A stretch of DNA of 64,000 nucleotides from Candidatus Hermodarchaeota archaeon (GCA_016839365.1 JAEOUH010000044.1:18567-82566), one strand, 5' to 3'; counted from the first letter of the stretch, positions 9,632-19,539 are shown. Program-made: numbers and translations. The notes: generated from the letters alone by a model not told the origin.

Positions 9632-10399
9632 TTATCGAAATAGTTCAAAGCCTTCTCCACCAGTTAAAATATTCGAAATATGGGAGAATAACAGGTCAAG
9701 ATTTTCCATATTCAAAGCAGACAAAGGAACCAAATCGAGACCTGAAAAAATTGTTTGGATAGTAGTAACCAGTTCACTTGATAGTTCGATTTGTAACTCG
9801 TTGCGTGTTTGTTGGAGATCATAGATTAGTTGATCACTATCATTGAGCCATTCAGTCAATCGTTCACTATCGCCTTTATCCAGTAGATCTGTTCGAGATA
9901 GTACATTGAGTTGAGGGAGATGAAATCGAACCAGTACTGATGCAGCGAGCAGAAGAGAGGAAATGAGCCCTGCTGGTGTTTTTGCTAATGCGGCATCTAC
10001 TAAGTAGATGAGCATTCGACTTTCTTTAGCTAGACTTGAGACAATTATTGGTCCGGTTTCACGGAATGCAAACAACTCGATTTGTCCTGGTGTATCAAAG
10101 AGTAGAAAATCAACACCTAGGTCCCTGATTTCCTCTTGTAGTGTCTCTAAATGAGAACTTATGAGATCAATCGCTGCAATTAATCCTCCATTGGGCCCTA
10201 AATTGTATTTTTCCATAACTCCTTGGAGTGAGATAAAGTCACGAACATCGATGTCAGGGCCATATGGAAGGTGTAACACGCCAGGATCCAGATTAACAAT
10301 ACCAACGCTTAATTTAGCATCGCGTAACCATTGTGCAAGGCTATTCGTAAGCGTTGATTTCCCAGAACCTGCAGTTCCGACGAAGTAAAGCGCGTGCAA
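9632..10399 (-). CDS. GPN-loop GTPase
   Basis: 255 aa. Walker A is GTAGSGKSTL. The eponymous GPNGG motif is present. LLFDTPGQIE. Confidence 0.85.
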   Translation of the reverse strand: MHALYFVGTAGSGKSTLTNSLAQWLRDAKLSVGIVNLDPGVLHLPYGPDIDVRDFISLQGVMEKYNLGPNGGLIAAIDLISSHLETLQEEIRDLGVDFLLFDTPGQIELFAFRETGPIIVSSLAKESRMLIYLVDAALAKTPAGLISSLLLAASVLVRFHLPQLNVLSRTDLLDKGDSERLTEWLNDSDQLIYDLQQTRNELQIELSSELVTTIQTIFSGLDLVPLSALNMENLDLLFSHISNILTGGEGFELFR

Positions 10400-10407
10400 C
10401 TATCCGA

Positions 10408-11154
10408 TTACACCTCTGGTTTGAAACTGCGAAGTCTGCGGATAAGATTCTCAGTTTCCTTGAAGAGAGATAGATACAGGGGTATTTTTTCAACCTTGGC
10501 AATCTTGCTGGCTACTGGGTCTACTTTTCTCGGTCCCTGTAGAATCACAATCGATGGGCGTACTGCTGAACCTAGTCCCATTTGAGATGTACGAATAGCG
10601 ACCATGGGTGACCGCCCTGTACTTACACGGGTAAAAATAGCGGCGCGATTTGGTGTTGCTCCATAGAGTTTGACCATTTGGTCTGGTGTAAGCTGAAGAA
10701 TCGCCCGAAGACTATCAATCGTGGTATATCCGAAGATTTCACGATCCTGAATCGTATCCGGTACAATCGTTTTACATTCAAGGTGATCAATGAGTAGTTG
10801 CGCAGGAATTGCAGCGGGAAATTCACGAATGTCAAGAAGAATCTCAGAGGGTATTTCTTGTCCAAGGAGCCGAACGAAAGCACTGACGATTTGACCACCA
10901 CGGCTTTCGTCAATCGCGATGAGGCTTTCAGCGAATTTTCTAATTGTTTCAACCCGTGGTGATTTTCGTCTCCCGCTCTCATAATCGCTTATTACAGAGG
11001 GAGAAATACTAAGATGTGAAGCTAGTTCATGTTGAGCTATGTTAAATTGCTCACGCCATTTCTTCATAATTCGACCGGGGTTCTCAGCCAAAGTGATTTC
11101 CCCAGCGATATTACGAAGCAGGTTCTCATTTGCGCTTTGATTCATTATATCCAT
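10408..11154 (-). CDS. HTH (XRE-like) transcriptional regulator with a C-terminal domain (COG1395-like)
   Basis: 248 aa. N-terminal HTH reads REQFNIAQHELASHLSISPSVISDYESGRR. It is adjacent to and co-oriented with the GPN GTPase, a conserved archaeal pairing. Confidence 0.6.
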   Translation of the reverse strand: MDIMNQSANENLLRNIAGEITLAENPGRIMKKWREQFNIAQHELASHLSISPSVISDYESGRRKSPRVETIRKFAESLIAIDESRGGQIVSAFVRLLGQEIPSEILLDIREFPAAIPAQLLIDHLECKTIVPDTIQDREIFGYTTIDSLRAILQLTPDQMVKLYGATPNRAAIFTRVSTGRSPMVAIRTSQMGLGSAVRPSIVILQGPRKVDPVASKIAKVEKIPLYLSLFKETENLIRRLRSFKPEV

Positions 11155-11250
11155 AGAAATACGTCTCGCCTTAAAGCATCTTTGATGGCTCCTACGATTT
11201 TAAATAGATTGAAGGACAACACGCGAAGCGATTGATTCAGGTGATCAAGC

Positions 11251-12039
11251 ATGCTGCAGTCATTCCCCACTTCTGTTGATCTAATAGTATTAGCAATCGC
11301 CTATGTCTGGGTGATCTCGGTTTTAGTCATCGGAGAAGGGTTGCGGCGATTGGGTAACTATCCACCAGCGATGACGCGGAAGTTTATCCACTTATTCGCT
11401 GGGTTCTCAGTGTTTACGGTTCCGTTCTATACCAATTCTTGGGCGGCAATTATTGTAGCTGTTTCCTTTTTAGTTCTCATTTTTCTTGCATCACCAAAAA
11501 GTCCAGTGAAAAGTCTGAGGAATATGTTTGAAGTTATGGCGCGTGAGGAAGATTATCTCTCGGGTCATATTTGGGGCCCGTTTCTTTACGCCATCTCGAT
11601 TACGATACTTGTATCGATCTTCACGTTACTCCCCACTTTGACTCCCTTCTTCGTACTTGCGGCAATGGCTCTAACCGCCATGTATCTTGGAGATGGTATT
11701 GCACCGCTTGTCGGTGCAAAATATGGGAAGCACAAATATACAATTAGTAAATGCACAAGAAGTGTTGAAGGGTCACTTGCAGTATTTTTTGCATCCTTTC
11801 TTGGTGCATGGATCTGCTGGGCTTTCCTGGATATCTTTGCTACGGGTGGTTTACAAATTTTTAGTATCATCCAGGTAGCGTTTCTTAGTTTGGTTTGTGC
11901 ATCGTTTGCTACAGTGATTGAAGGTGTCAGCCCCAAAGGGATTGATAATCTCACTGTTCCGCTTCTGACGGCTCTGATACTGTTCATTACTGCATTAATC
12001 ATTTATCCTCCTATGCTCTCGATGATCTTCATTCCTTAA
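11251..12039 (+). CDS. Polytopic membrane protein, dolichol kinase/CdsA-superfamily-like
   Basis: 262 aa with about seven hydrophobic segments. YLGDGIAPLVGAKYGKHKY resembles the CTP-transferase/dolichol-kinase motif. Confidence 0.4.
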   Translation: MLQSFPTSVDLIVLAIAYVWVISVLVIGEGLRRLGNYPPAMTRKFIHLFAGFSVFTVPFYTNSWAAIIVAVSFLVLIFLASPKSPVKSLRNMFEVMAREEDYLSGHIWGPFLYAISITILVSIFTLLPTLTPFFVLAAMALTAMYLGDGIAPLVGAKYGKHKYTISKCTRSVEGSLAVFFASFLGAWICWAFLDIFATGGLQIFSIIQVAFLSLVCASFATVIEGVSPKGIDNLTVPLLTALILFITALIIYPPMLSMIFIP

Positions 12040-12043
12040 TGCA

Positions 12044-12610
12044 TCATTCTTCTATGACCAGTGCAACTAATTCTGAGGTATAATCTCTAGCTCGCTGCAT
12101 GGAAGCTTGGAAAGGGTCAGCCACCCCGTATCGTTTAGTAAGTTTCGCAAACCGATCATCTACTTTGGACAACCACTTCTCTGGGTATTCAATTCCATCC
12201 CATTCAAATGCACCTAATTTATCTGCGACGCACACAATCTTTTCTTCCCAAGACTGAGGGAGAAAATCACGTTTTGGAAGCCCAAGGGATTCTGCTTCAA
12301 GTGCTCGAAATCCTCCCAGAACGTGTCTTTCTACGATTAACACAATGCTGTTCGGATATCCATGTTCAATCAAAATTTGCCCTCCAATGCAGCCATGAGT
12401 AACATCGTGAACATGCGCACGACCGATATCATGAAGCAGTGCACCTAGTTCGAGCAACTGATGATTAACAGGGATTTTCGAAGTAACTTGGCTAGCAATC
12501 CGAAGAGCCTTGTGTCGAGTGGCCTGACAGTGTTTCAATACCTGAGAATCGGTGACTAGTCTATCCAAAAGATTCTGGGCGTCCTCCAGAGAGGGTAAAC
12601 TGATCGACAT
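12044..12610 (-). CDS. HD-domain phosphohydrolase
   Basis: 188 aa. LLHDIGR and HD-type His/Asp pairs are present. Confidence 0.6.
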   Translation of the reverse strand: MSISLPSLEDAQNLLDRLVTDSQVLKHCQATRHKALRIASQVTSKIPVNHQLLELGALLHDIGRAHVHDVTHGCIGGQILIEHGYPNSIVLIVERHVLGGFRALEAESLGLPKRDFLPQSWEEKIVCVADKLGAFEWDGIEYPEKWLSKVDDRFAKLTKRYGVADPFQASMQRARDYTSELVALVIEE

Positions 12611-12692
12611 ATGTTGCGTTTTTAGTGTTTTACCAGACTTTAATTTTAGACTATAACTATTCTAAGTCAACAGAATTACGCGAGGACTGAAC

Positions 12693-13865
12693 ATGAAAGC
12701 GATCCGGGAGCTTTGGGTATTAGATGAGGAGATTCAGAAAATTGCAGAGCAAATTAATACTCTCGAAGAGAAACGAAACGCATTTGCTTCTATACTTCAA
12801 GCAAACCGCCATAGCTTGAATTTGCATGATAACCTCCCGTTAGCAAAAAAGTATCTGGTGGATAACCAGCTAGCCCGACAAGTTAAGCCCACGGGATTAC
12901 AGGGGCTTCGGGTTGGCGGAGTTGATGGGGGGTTGCTCAAGAAAACCTTACGAGGAATCGAATTGGTGATTACTCGGGCATGCGCTACAATCTTTGAATA
13001 TACGCCATCAAATCGGGTATCAGTGACATATTTTCCAGAAAAATCGATAGCACCCAAGATCAAAGCGGAATTGAACCCCATCTCTTGGCGAGAAGCTGAT
13101 GTCAGTGCATCCCTTGAACGAGTTAAAGCCGAACTTGAGCTGGCAATCCGAGTCCAGGACCATCATCCTGTGGAGCTGCTTCTTTTAGATGGCTCATTAC
13201 GACCCCATATAAGTGATCGCCCAGCCAGTAATTCGTCGTTTTCTCCAAAATATAAACAAATCAAGCAGTTGTACGAGACCCTCTTTGAAAAAACTCAAGA
13301 AACTGGGACCCTGCTTGCCGGTGTTGTTAAAGATAGTCGTAGTCAGCGATTTGTTAGAATCTTGGGTGAAATCTTGCCACACTTGATCTCTCGATACCCC
13401 GTGCTGAAACCACTCTTACAGATGGATTATCGATCCATCCTACAAACGTGTTATGATTCTGATTTGTTTTTCAGAATTCTCAATGTAGGAGAGCGCTCAC
13501 CAATTCTGCAACTCAATGAAGTAAACAAAGACCAAACATCAGAACCACTAACTAAGAGTTTTCAAGATAACAAGAACCTCGTCTGCATCTATCTTCGAAC
13601 GGCGAAATTCGACTACCCTTTACGAATTGAGGTCTTCTCTGGATCCCATGACTCAGTTCGAGTCGTTGAAAAAGTAAGTGCAATGTTGTTGCCAATGTCT
13701 TCGGATAATGAGGGTTTTGCGCTCCCTACTGTTCTCATTGATGCTGATTCGCAAGCCCGATTAATTGAGAGGGATCTTGATTTTCTGTTCTCACAGCTAG
13801 CAAATCGGATTGGATATCCTGAGAGTATGTTGAAACTTAGACGAGAGAGGATGCCATTTCATTAG
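12693..13865 (+). CDS. nurA: NurA 5'-3' nuclease
   Basis: 390 aa. GGVDGG lies near the N-terminus, where NurA carries its catalytic Asp motif. The gene sits immediately upstream of herA. Confidence 0.7.
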   Translation: MKAIRELWVLDEEIQKIAEQINTLEEKRNAFASILQANRHSLNLHDNLPLAKKYLVDNQLARQVKPTGLQGLRVGGVDGGLLKKTLRGIELVITRACATIFEYTPSNRVSVTYFPEKSIAPKIKAELNPISWREADVSASLERVKAELELAIRVQDHHPVELLLLDGSLRPHISDRPASNSSFSPKYKQIKQLYETLFEKTQETGTLLAGVVKDSRSQRFVRILGEILPHLISRYPVLKPLLQMDYRSILQTCYDSDLFFRILNVGERSPILQLNEVNKDQTSEPLTKSFQDNKNLVCIYLRTAKFDYPLRIEVFSGSHDSVRVVEKVSAMLLPMSSDNEGFALPTVLIDADSQARLIERDLDFLFSQLANRIGYPESMLKLRRERMPFH

Positions 13866-13885
13866 AATAAAAGGAGTTGAAATGA

Positions 13886-15415
13886 ATGAACGCTGAACCG
13901 CTTGGAACAATTGTGTGTACTGAAGACGGGCCGTCAACAGAACAAATCTCATTTGTGGTAGGCAATCGTAATGCTTCAACCACCACGGTGGGACAGATTC
14001 CTGTTCATGTAGGACAGTATGTGTCTGTTGAAACCGAAGAAGGATTGGTTATGGCTCACGTCGAACAAGTGTACAAAACCAATCGATACTTCTCCCAAGT
14101 TGATGCTGTGCATGAGTTTACAAGATCGGGTAAACCATTTGGAGCAATTTTCCCCATTGATCGGTGGGAATACATCCTAGCCAAAGCAAAACCTCTAGGA
14201 ATTTTCGAACAGGATCGGATTCAACGAATTACCTATCCACCCTCGCCGGGGGCTATTGTTTCTTCACCTGATCCTAACATACTCTCCCAATTCCTAGGAT
14301 TCTCGAAAGATGGAATTCACCTTGGACATCTATTGTTCCATCGTATCCCGGCAACTTTTGATTTGACTAAGATGTTTCAAAAACATGTGGCGTTATTGGC
14401 GATGAGTGGTGCAGGAAAGAGTTACGCGGCATCGGTTATGATAGAGGAGCTTTTGGCACGTAAGACAGCTCAGGGACGACCCGCCATTCTCATCATTGAT
14501 GTTCATGGTGAATACGGGGGATTAGCTGAAGCCCAGGAGATCAAAGGAGCAAAGGTTGCAGATCAGTTATCCGTTATTCGAAGTCCTCTTGTTGAGATAG
14601 CGACACCGTATATGAACGCAAAATCCTTTGCAGCCTATTCTCCCGACATGGGAACCATCCAAGTTCGAGAACTTTCAAGGATTATTCGGACATTGCGGAG
14701 TGTGCGCAAAGGTCAGCCTTATGATCTGGGGGATTTGATTACAGCCCTGGAAAAGGATCCATCAATTAATACTAGAACACGAGAAGCGCTCCTTGGATGG
14801 CTCGACAACCTCCAAAGTTACAACCTGTTTGGTAAGACATCAACGCCAGAATGGCAGAAGCTAATGAAACCGGGTCATGGAGTCATTCTGGATATGAGTG
14901 AAACAGTAAGCCTCCAAAAGAAACAGATTATTGTTGATGCTGTTCTTCGCCATCTATTCAACTTAAGGCGTGATGGAACAATTCCCCCCACAGTAGTGTT
15001 CCTCGAGGAAAGTCACCAATTCTGCCCCGAAGCACGCCGAGCTTTAGCCTTTTCTAAGGGAATCGTTGAAACCATAGCGCGAGAGGGGCGGAAATATAAT
15101 CTTTCTTTGTGCATTATTTCCCAACGGCCTGTTCGACTCTCAACCACAGTCCTTTCACAGTGCGGAACCAATATTTTTCTTCGAATTTCTAATCCCTATG
15201 ATCTCGACCATATCCGTGCCACATCAGAAAAAATCACAAAGGCAACCCTCACATCGATATCGAGCCTCAGCGTGGGAGAAGCCCTCGTGGTTGGTCAAGC
15301 AACCCGTTTTCCAGTATTCATACAGGTGCGTAAAAGAACAACAAAAGAGACGGCGTTTCACGAGGACTTCGAAACTGTGGCAAAGAAATTTGAAAAGAAA
15401 GAAAAGGCAAAATAG
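13886..15415 (+). CDS. herA: HerA double-strand-break repair helicase
   Basis: 509 aa. An N-terminal HAS-barrel region is followed by Walker A (LAMSGAGKSYAA), Walker B (VILDMSE) and a FtsK/HerA-type ATPase core. Confidence 0.85.
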   Translation: MNAEPLGTIVCTEDGPSTEQISFVVGNRNASTTTVGQIPVHVGQYVSVETEEGLVMAHVEQVYKTNRYFSQVDAVHEFTRSGKPFGAIFPIDRWEYILAKAKPLGIFEQDRIQRITYPPSPGAIVSSPDPNILSQFLGFSKDGIHLGHLLFHRIPATFDLTKMFQKHVALLAMSGAGKSYAASVMIEELLARKTAQGRPAILIIDVHGEYGGLAEAQEIKGAKVADQLSVIRSPLVEIATPYMNAKSFAAYSPDMGTIQVRELSRIIRTLRSVRKGQPYDLGDLITALEKDPSINTRTREALLGWLDNLQSYNLFGKTSTPEWQKLMKPGHGVILDMSETVSLQKKQIIVDAVLRHLFNLRRDGTIPPTVVFLEESHQFCPEARRALAFSKGIVETIAREGRKYNLSLCIISQRPVRLSTTVLSQCGTNIFLRISNPYDLDHIRATSEKITKATLTSISSLSVGEALVVGQATRFPVFIQVRKRTTKETAFHEDFETVAKKFEKKEKAK

Positions 15416-15418
15416 GAG

Positions 15419-15564
15419 TGGTGGGCACGGCGGGATTCAAACCCGCGACCTCCGGCTAACCTAGGCTTCGCAAACGAATGTTCGGAGCGACTCCATATAA
15501 GGCATACACACCCCATGCAAAGTGCACGGCGGTTCGGCGCTCCATCAGGCTAAGCCACGTGCCC
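15419..15564 (-). tRNA. tRNA gene with about 69 nt of intervening sequence. Introns are probably multiple or non-canonical. The anticodon is unresolved. CCA is encoded.
   Basis: The reverse complement gives acceptor GGGCACG/CGTGCCC, D-arm GCTT-AGCCTGATG-GAGC, T-arm GCGGG-TTTGAAT-CCCGC and 3' ACCA. An 86-nt middle region contains only 17 nt of mature anticodon arm. Confidence 0.6.
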
Positions 15565-15611
15565 TTGTGAAATCTGTGATGTTTTTCCGTAGCTTAAATG
15601 TGTTGGCACAC

Positions 15612-18503
15612 CTACTTCTTTTTCGCCAAGAAGGCAAAGCTGATTTTTTCCTTAGCGAATTTGAGTTTATCTTTGGCGGTCCATTCAAGAGCGGGAAGTT
15701 CTTCACTGATATTCAGCTGAGAAGCCCCAACCTTCGTTGAGATAGCATCCGCTGTATCCTTAATTGCTTGCCTCAGATCATTTGAAGTTGTTGCCACAAA
15801 CAATTCGATACGTTGTGTAACATGAAGACCTGCTTTTTTGCGAGTTGCTTGAATTTGTCTAATTACATCTCGAGAAAGACGTTCCGCACGGAGTTCAGGG
15901 GTTTCTGAAATGTCGAGGTATACTGTAGCAAAGGGGAGCTCCATCTCTTTCAAATCGCCACCCTTAGCTTGCTTAAGGATTTGAACAGTTTTTACATTTG
16001 TTTGGCTGGCAACCACGTTGCTGAAGTGGTCCAGTTGGAATTCTTTCGTTGAAGGGACAATTACTAGGCGTTGACAGGGCCATCGAAGTTTGAGTCCCAC
16101 TTGTTGCCGAATATGCTGTACTGTATCAACAATTTCAGACACCCACTCCATTTCTTGACTCAATTCAGAATCAATCAGATTCAACTCTGGAGATGGCCAA
16201 GATAGCATGTGGACACTAATGGGGGCATCTGTTTCAACAGACCGGACCAAGGCTTGATACATTTTTTCTGTTAGGAATGGGAGGACAGGGGCTAGAACTG
16301 CTAGAAGAGTCCGCAATACTTGATATAGGGTGTTGAAAGCCGCAGTTTTCGTTTCGTCCTGAGAACTCACCCAGGTTCGAGAACGAACGAGTTTGATATA
16401 CCATCGACTGAGATCCCTTACTACGAAGTCTTCCATTAACCGAGGGACATACGGTAATTCGTATTCATCTAGTCGCTCAGTGACTTGTTTGATAAGCAGG
16501 TGCAACTGAGAAAGAATCCAACGATCCTCATCCTGAAGCTGACTCAGTTTAAATTCATGTAATTTTGGATCGTAATTTGCGGCTTTCATGAACGTTGTGG
16601 CAAAAACGTAGACATTCCACAGTATCGAAATGCTGCGTCGGGTATCCTCAACATCCTTCCAGATGAAGCGCATATCTTCGCCGGGTCCAGTACTTTTGAT
16701 ACTATAAATTCGGAGCGTGTCTGCCCCAACTTTCTCAACAATTTCTTCGGGAAGTACACCCACGCCCTTTGATTTAGACATGGGTCGACCTTGTTCGTCA
16801 GTGGTGAATCCGTGCATATACACGTTCCTATAAGGTTCCCTGTCTGCCACCAACATGGTCGAGTTGAAGAGTGTATTGAACCAATTGCTAATCTGATCTT
16901 TTCCTTCGATGACAAACTCGGCAGTTTCCCAATTATCAAAGTCCATGGTCCCGAAGGTTGCCCATCGTGTTGCCCAGGGTGCTACTCCACTGTCTAACCA
17001 TACATCGAGAACATCATCTACCCGAGACATAGTACCATTACATTTAGTGCAACCCCATGTGGCTTCGTCGACCCATGGGCGATGAAGATTCTCTAGTTTC
17101 TTACCACTTTTTTCGGTTAATTCGTCTGCACTGCCAATCACTTCTATATGGTTGCACTTGTCACAGTTCCAGATGGGTAGAGGGGCACCCCAGTATCGTT
17201 GGCGGGAGATACACCAGTCACGGAGATTTTGTACCCAGTTTCGGAACCATGTGTGACCTGCCCAGTCGGGAATCCATCGGATATCCTCATTTCTCTTGAT
17301 GATTTCGTGTCGAAGATCGCTAACTCGGAGGAACCATTGATCTGTGGCTAGATAGATTAGGGGGTTACCACATCGCCAGCAGTGGGCGTATTCGTGCTCA
17401 ATGGTATCTTGATGGATGAGTAAGCCCTTCTTTCGCAAATCCATGAGAATTACTTCACTGGCATTTTGAACCTTCATTCGAGCATATTTTCCACCCTCTT
17501 CAGAAAATGTGCCAGAAAGTGTAACTGGGCAAAATATGGGGATTCCTTCCCGCTCCCCTACTTCAAAATCTTGTGGACCATGCCCAGGGGCCATGTGAAC
17601 GAGGCCGGTTCCTTGTTCAAGTGTTACATATTCTTCACTCGGCACTATCGAATGAACTTTTGTGGATTCTTGGTGGAATTTCGCTTGACGAGGAACCTCA
17701 TCCACTAGAGGATGTTCATACCGGAGACCGACAAGATCTGAACCTTTTACTTCTTCAATAACCGTGTACGGCTTGTCTAAGAGTCCTTGGAGAATAATAT
17801 TCGCAAGTCCCTTTGCGAGTATCCATACTTCCTTGTCAACTTGAACTCGGACATATTGGAATTCAGGATGCACCATCACCGCCATATTGGCAGGTAACGT
17901 CCAAGGTGTTGTAGTCCAAATGACGATAAACTCGTGTAATCGATCAATGACTGGAAACTTGACCCAAATTGAATAGTCTTCAATTGTGCGGTACTCGTGT
18001 TCACGTTTTGCGATGGCTGTTTCACACCGAACACAACAATCAATCGAACGGAGCCCCCGGTACAAGAATCCGCGGTCATGGGCTTTTTTCATCAGATACC
18101 ACGTGCCTTCAATGTAGGGATTATCTAATGTTCGGTAGGGGCGATTCCAATCCATCCAGACACCTAACCGCTTAAATTGCTCTGTCATAGTATCTAAATT
18201 CGAGAGAGCAAATTCTTGGCATCTTTGAGTGAATTTGTCTACCCCGATTGTTTTTTCAATATCCAGTTTCGATTTGATGCCTAGTTCTTTCTCAACACGC
18301 ACTTCAATGGGTAATCCATGCATGTCAAACCCTGGAGTATCGATCACACGGAACCCTCGCATCCGCTGATACCGCAGAACCAGATCCTTCATTATCTTGT
18401 TCCAAGCAGTTCCAAGATGAATAGCACCGGTCGTATAGGGGGGGCCATCCAGGAATTGGAATACTGGGCGATCCTTAAGCATCTCCTTGACTAGGTCATA
18501 CAC
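15612..18503 (-). CDS. ileS: Isoleucyl-tRNA synthetase
   Basis: 963 aa. HIGH-type motif PPYTTGAIHLG. KMSKS motif is MSKSKG. Zinc-binding cysteines are present. GTG start codon. Confidence 0.9.
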   Translation of the reverse strand: MYDLVKEMLKDRPVFQFLDGPPYTTGAIHLGTAWNKIMKDLVLRYQRMRGFRVIDTPGFDMHGLPIEVRVEKELGIKSKLDIEKTIGVDKFTQRCQEFALSNLDTMTEQFKRLGVWMDWNRPYRTLDNPYIEGTWYLMKKAHDRGFLYRGLRSIDCCVRCETAIAKREHEYRTIEDYSIWVKFPVIDRLHEFIVIWTTTPWTLPANMAVMVHPEFQYVRVQVDKEVWILAKGLANIILQGLLDKPYTVIEEVKGSDLVGLRYEHPLVDEVPRQAKFHQESTKVHSIVPSEEYVTLEQGTGLVHMAPGHGPQDFEVGEREGIPIFCPVTLSGTFSEEGGKYARMKVQNASEVILMDLRKKGLLIHQDTIEHEYAHCWRCGNPLIYLATDQWFLRVSDLRHEIIKRNEDIRWIPDWAGHTWFRNWVQNLRDWCISRQRYWGAPLPIWNCDKCNHIEVIGSADELTEKSGKKLENLHRPWVDEATWGCTKCNGTMSRVDDVLDVWLDSGVAPWATRWATFGTMDFDNWETAEFVIEGKDQISNWFNTLFNSTMLVADREPYRNVYMHGFTTDEQGRPMSKSKGVGVLPEEIVEKVGADTLRIYSIKSTGPGEDMRFIWKDVEDTRRSISILWNVYVFATTFMKAANYDPKLHEFKLSQLQDEDRWILSQLHLLIKQVTERLDEYELPYVPRLMEDFVVRDLSRWYIKLVRSRTWVSSQDETKTAAFNTLYQVLRTLLAVLAPVLPFLTEKMYQALVRSVETDAPISVHMLSWPSPELNLIDSELSQEMEWVSEIVDTVQHIRQQVGLKLRWPCQRLVIVPSTKEFQLDHFSNVVASQTNVKTVQILKQAKGGDLKEMELPFATVYLDISETPELRAERLSRDVIRQIQATRKKAGLHVTQRIELFVATTSNDLRQAIKDTADAISTKVGASQLNISEELPALEWTAKDKLKFAKEKISFAFLAKKK

Positions 18504-19023
18504 TTGGTGTTTCTACCAAAACTCCAGTATCTCCTGTTCTAATGAGAGAAAATCAAATTTCTTTGGAAGCTCTGAAACTGGCATTTATGTTGTTGCTCCA
18601 TTAATTCCTAGCGTGACCCTACCATTCTTCAACCGAATAAAAAGTCTTGGGCAATAATAATGAACTAGTCAATTCAACTGATTGAATGAGGGGTCGAAAT
18701 GGGAAACTTCATTCTAGATTGAAAATTAAGTGAATTATTCTTCGATGAAGCTGTTAAGCCGATTCTCGCTAAGCATTATCCTTTACTCGACTATTCTGCC
18801 GGTTTGTAGCCCAGGCTCAGAAGTATTAGGTTTCGACACTTTGATGTCAAAAGATCATGTAACTGTATGTTACGGATTGTAAAATTAGAAACATTATATC
18901 AATGACACTTCATCCTCTAACAAATATTCAATAAAAAACAGTCGAGACTAAAATTGAACGAAAGCTCTATATGGCTACAAACGTAAGTCAGACAAACCGA
19001 GCCCTCGCTAGGAGCAAGGCTAC

Positions 19024-19539
19024 ATGAGTGTACAACAACGACAATACGTACTCAAAGTGTGTGTCGTAGGTGATGGAGCTGTAGGCAAAACCAGCCTCAT
19101 CATCCGCTATACCGAGGGACATTTTCGAGAGTCCTACATAATGACTGTTGGTACGTCTTTTGCAGTGAAAGAGTTGGATTTCGGAGATACATTGGTGCGC
19201 TTACAGTTGTGGGACTTAGCTGGACAGCCACACTTCAGTTCTGTTCGTCCCGTTTTTTACCGTGGCGCTGCTGGTATTATTTTAGTTTTTGATAGCTCTC
19301 GTCGTCAGACATTTGATAATATACCACAGTGGTATACAGAGGTGTCACAGGTAACGGGTGTTGTTCCGACAGTGTTGATAGCAAATAAGGTGGATTTAGT
19401 GGATCAACGTCAAACTTCAACCGAGGAGTCTATGGAATACGCAAAACAATTGGGATGGGGGTATTTTGAGACCAGCGCCAAAGAAGGGCAAGGTGTGACA
19501 GAAGCCTTTCGACAAATCGCTTGGTCGTGTATCAACTAG
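19024..19539 (+). CDS. Rab-like small GTPase (Ras superfamily)
   Basis: 171 aa. G1 GDGAVGKTS. G2 YIMTVGTSF. G3 WDLAGQ. G4 NKVD. G5 ETSAKEG. Confidence 0.8.
   Translation: MSVQQRQYVLKVCVVGDGAVGKTSLIIRYTEGHFRESYIMTVGTSFAVKELDFGDTLVRLQLWDLAGQPHFSSVRPVFYRGAAGIILVFDSSRRQTFDNIPQWYTEVSQVTGVVPTVLIANKVDLVDQRQTSTEESMEYAKQLGWGYFETSAKEGQGVTEAFRQIAWSCIN

Noticed and set aside
15198-15464. 88-aa ORF overlapping the herA 3' end and the tRNA gene
   Set aside because: Arg/Lys-rich frame artefact inside herA. It runs through a tRNA acceptor stem.
18504-19023. Possible SRP RNA, RNase P RNA or another structured ncRNA in the long intergenic region
   Set aside because: The region is AT-rich, with no conserved SRP or RNase P motifs and no extended complementary arms visible by eye. 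It is kept only as a low-interest finding.
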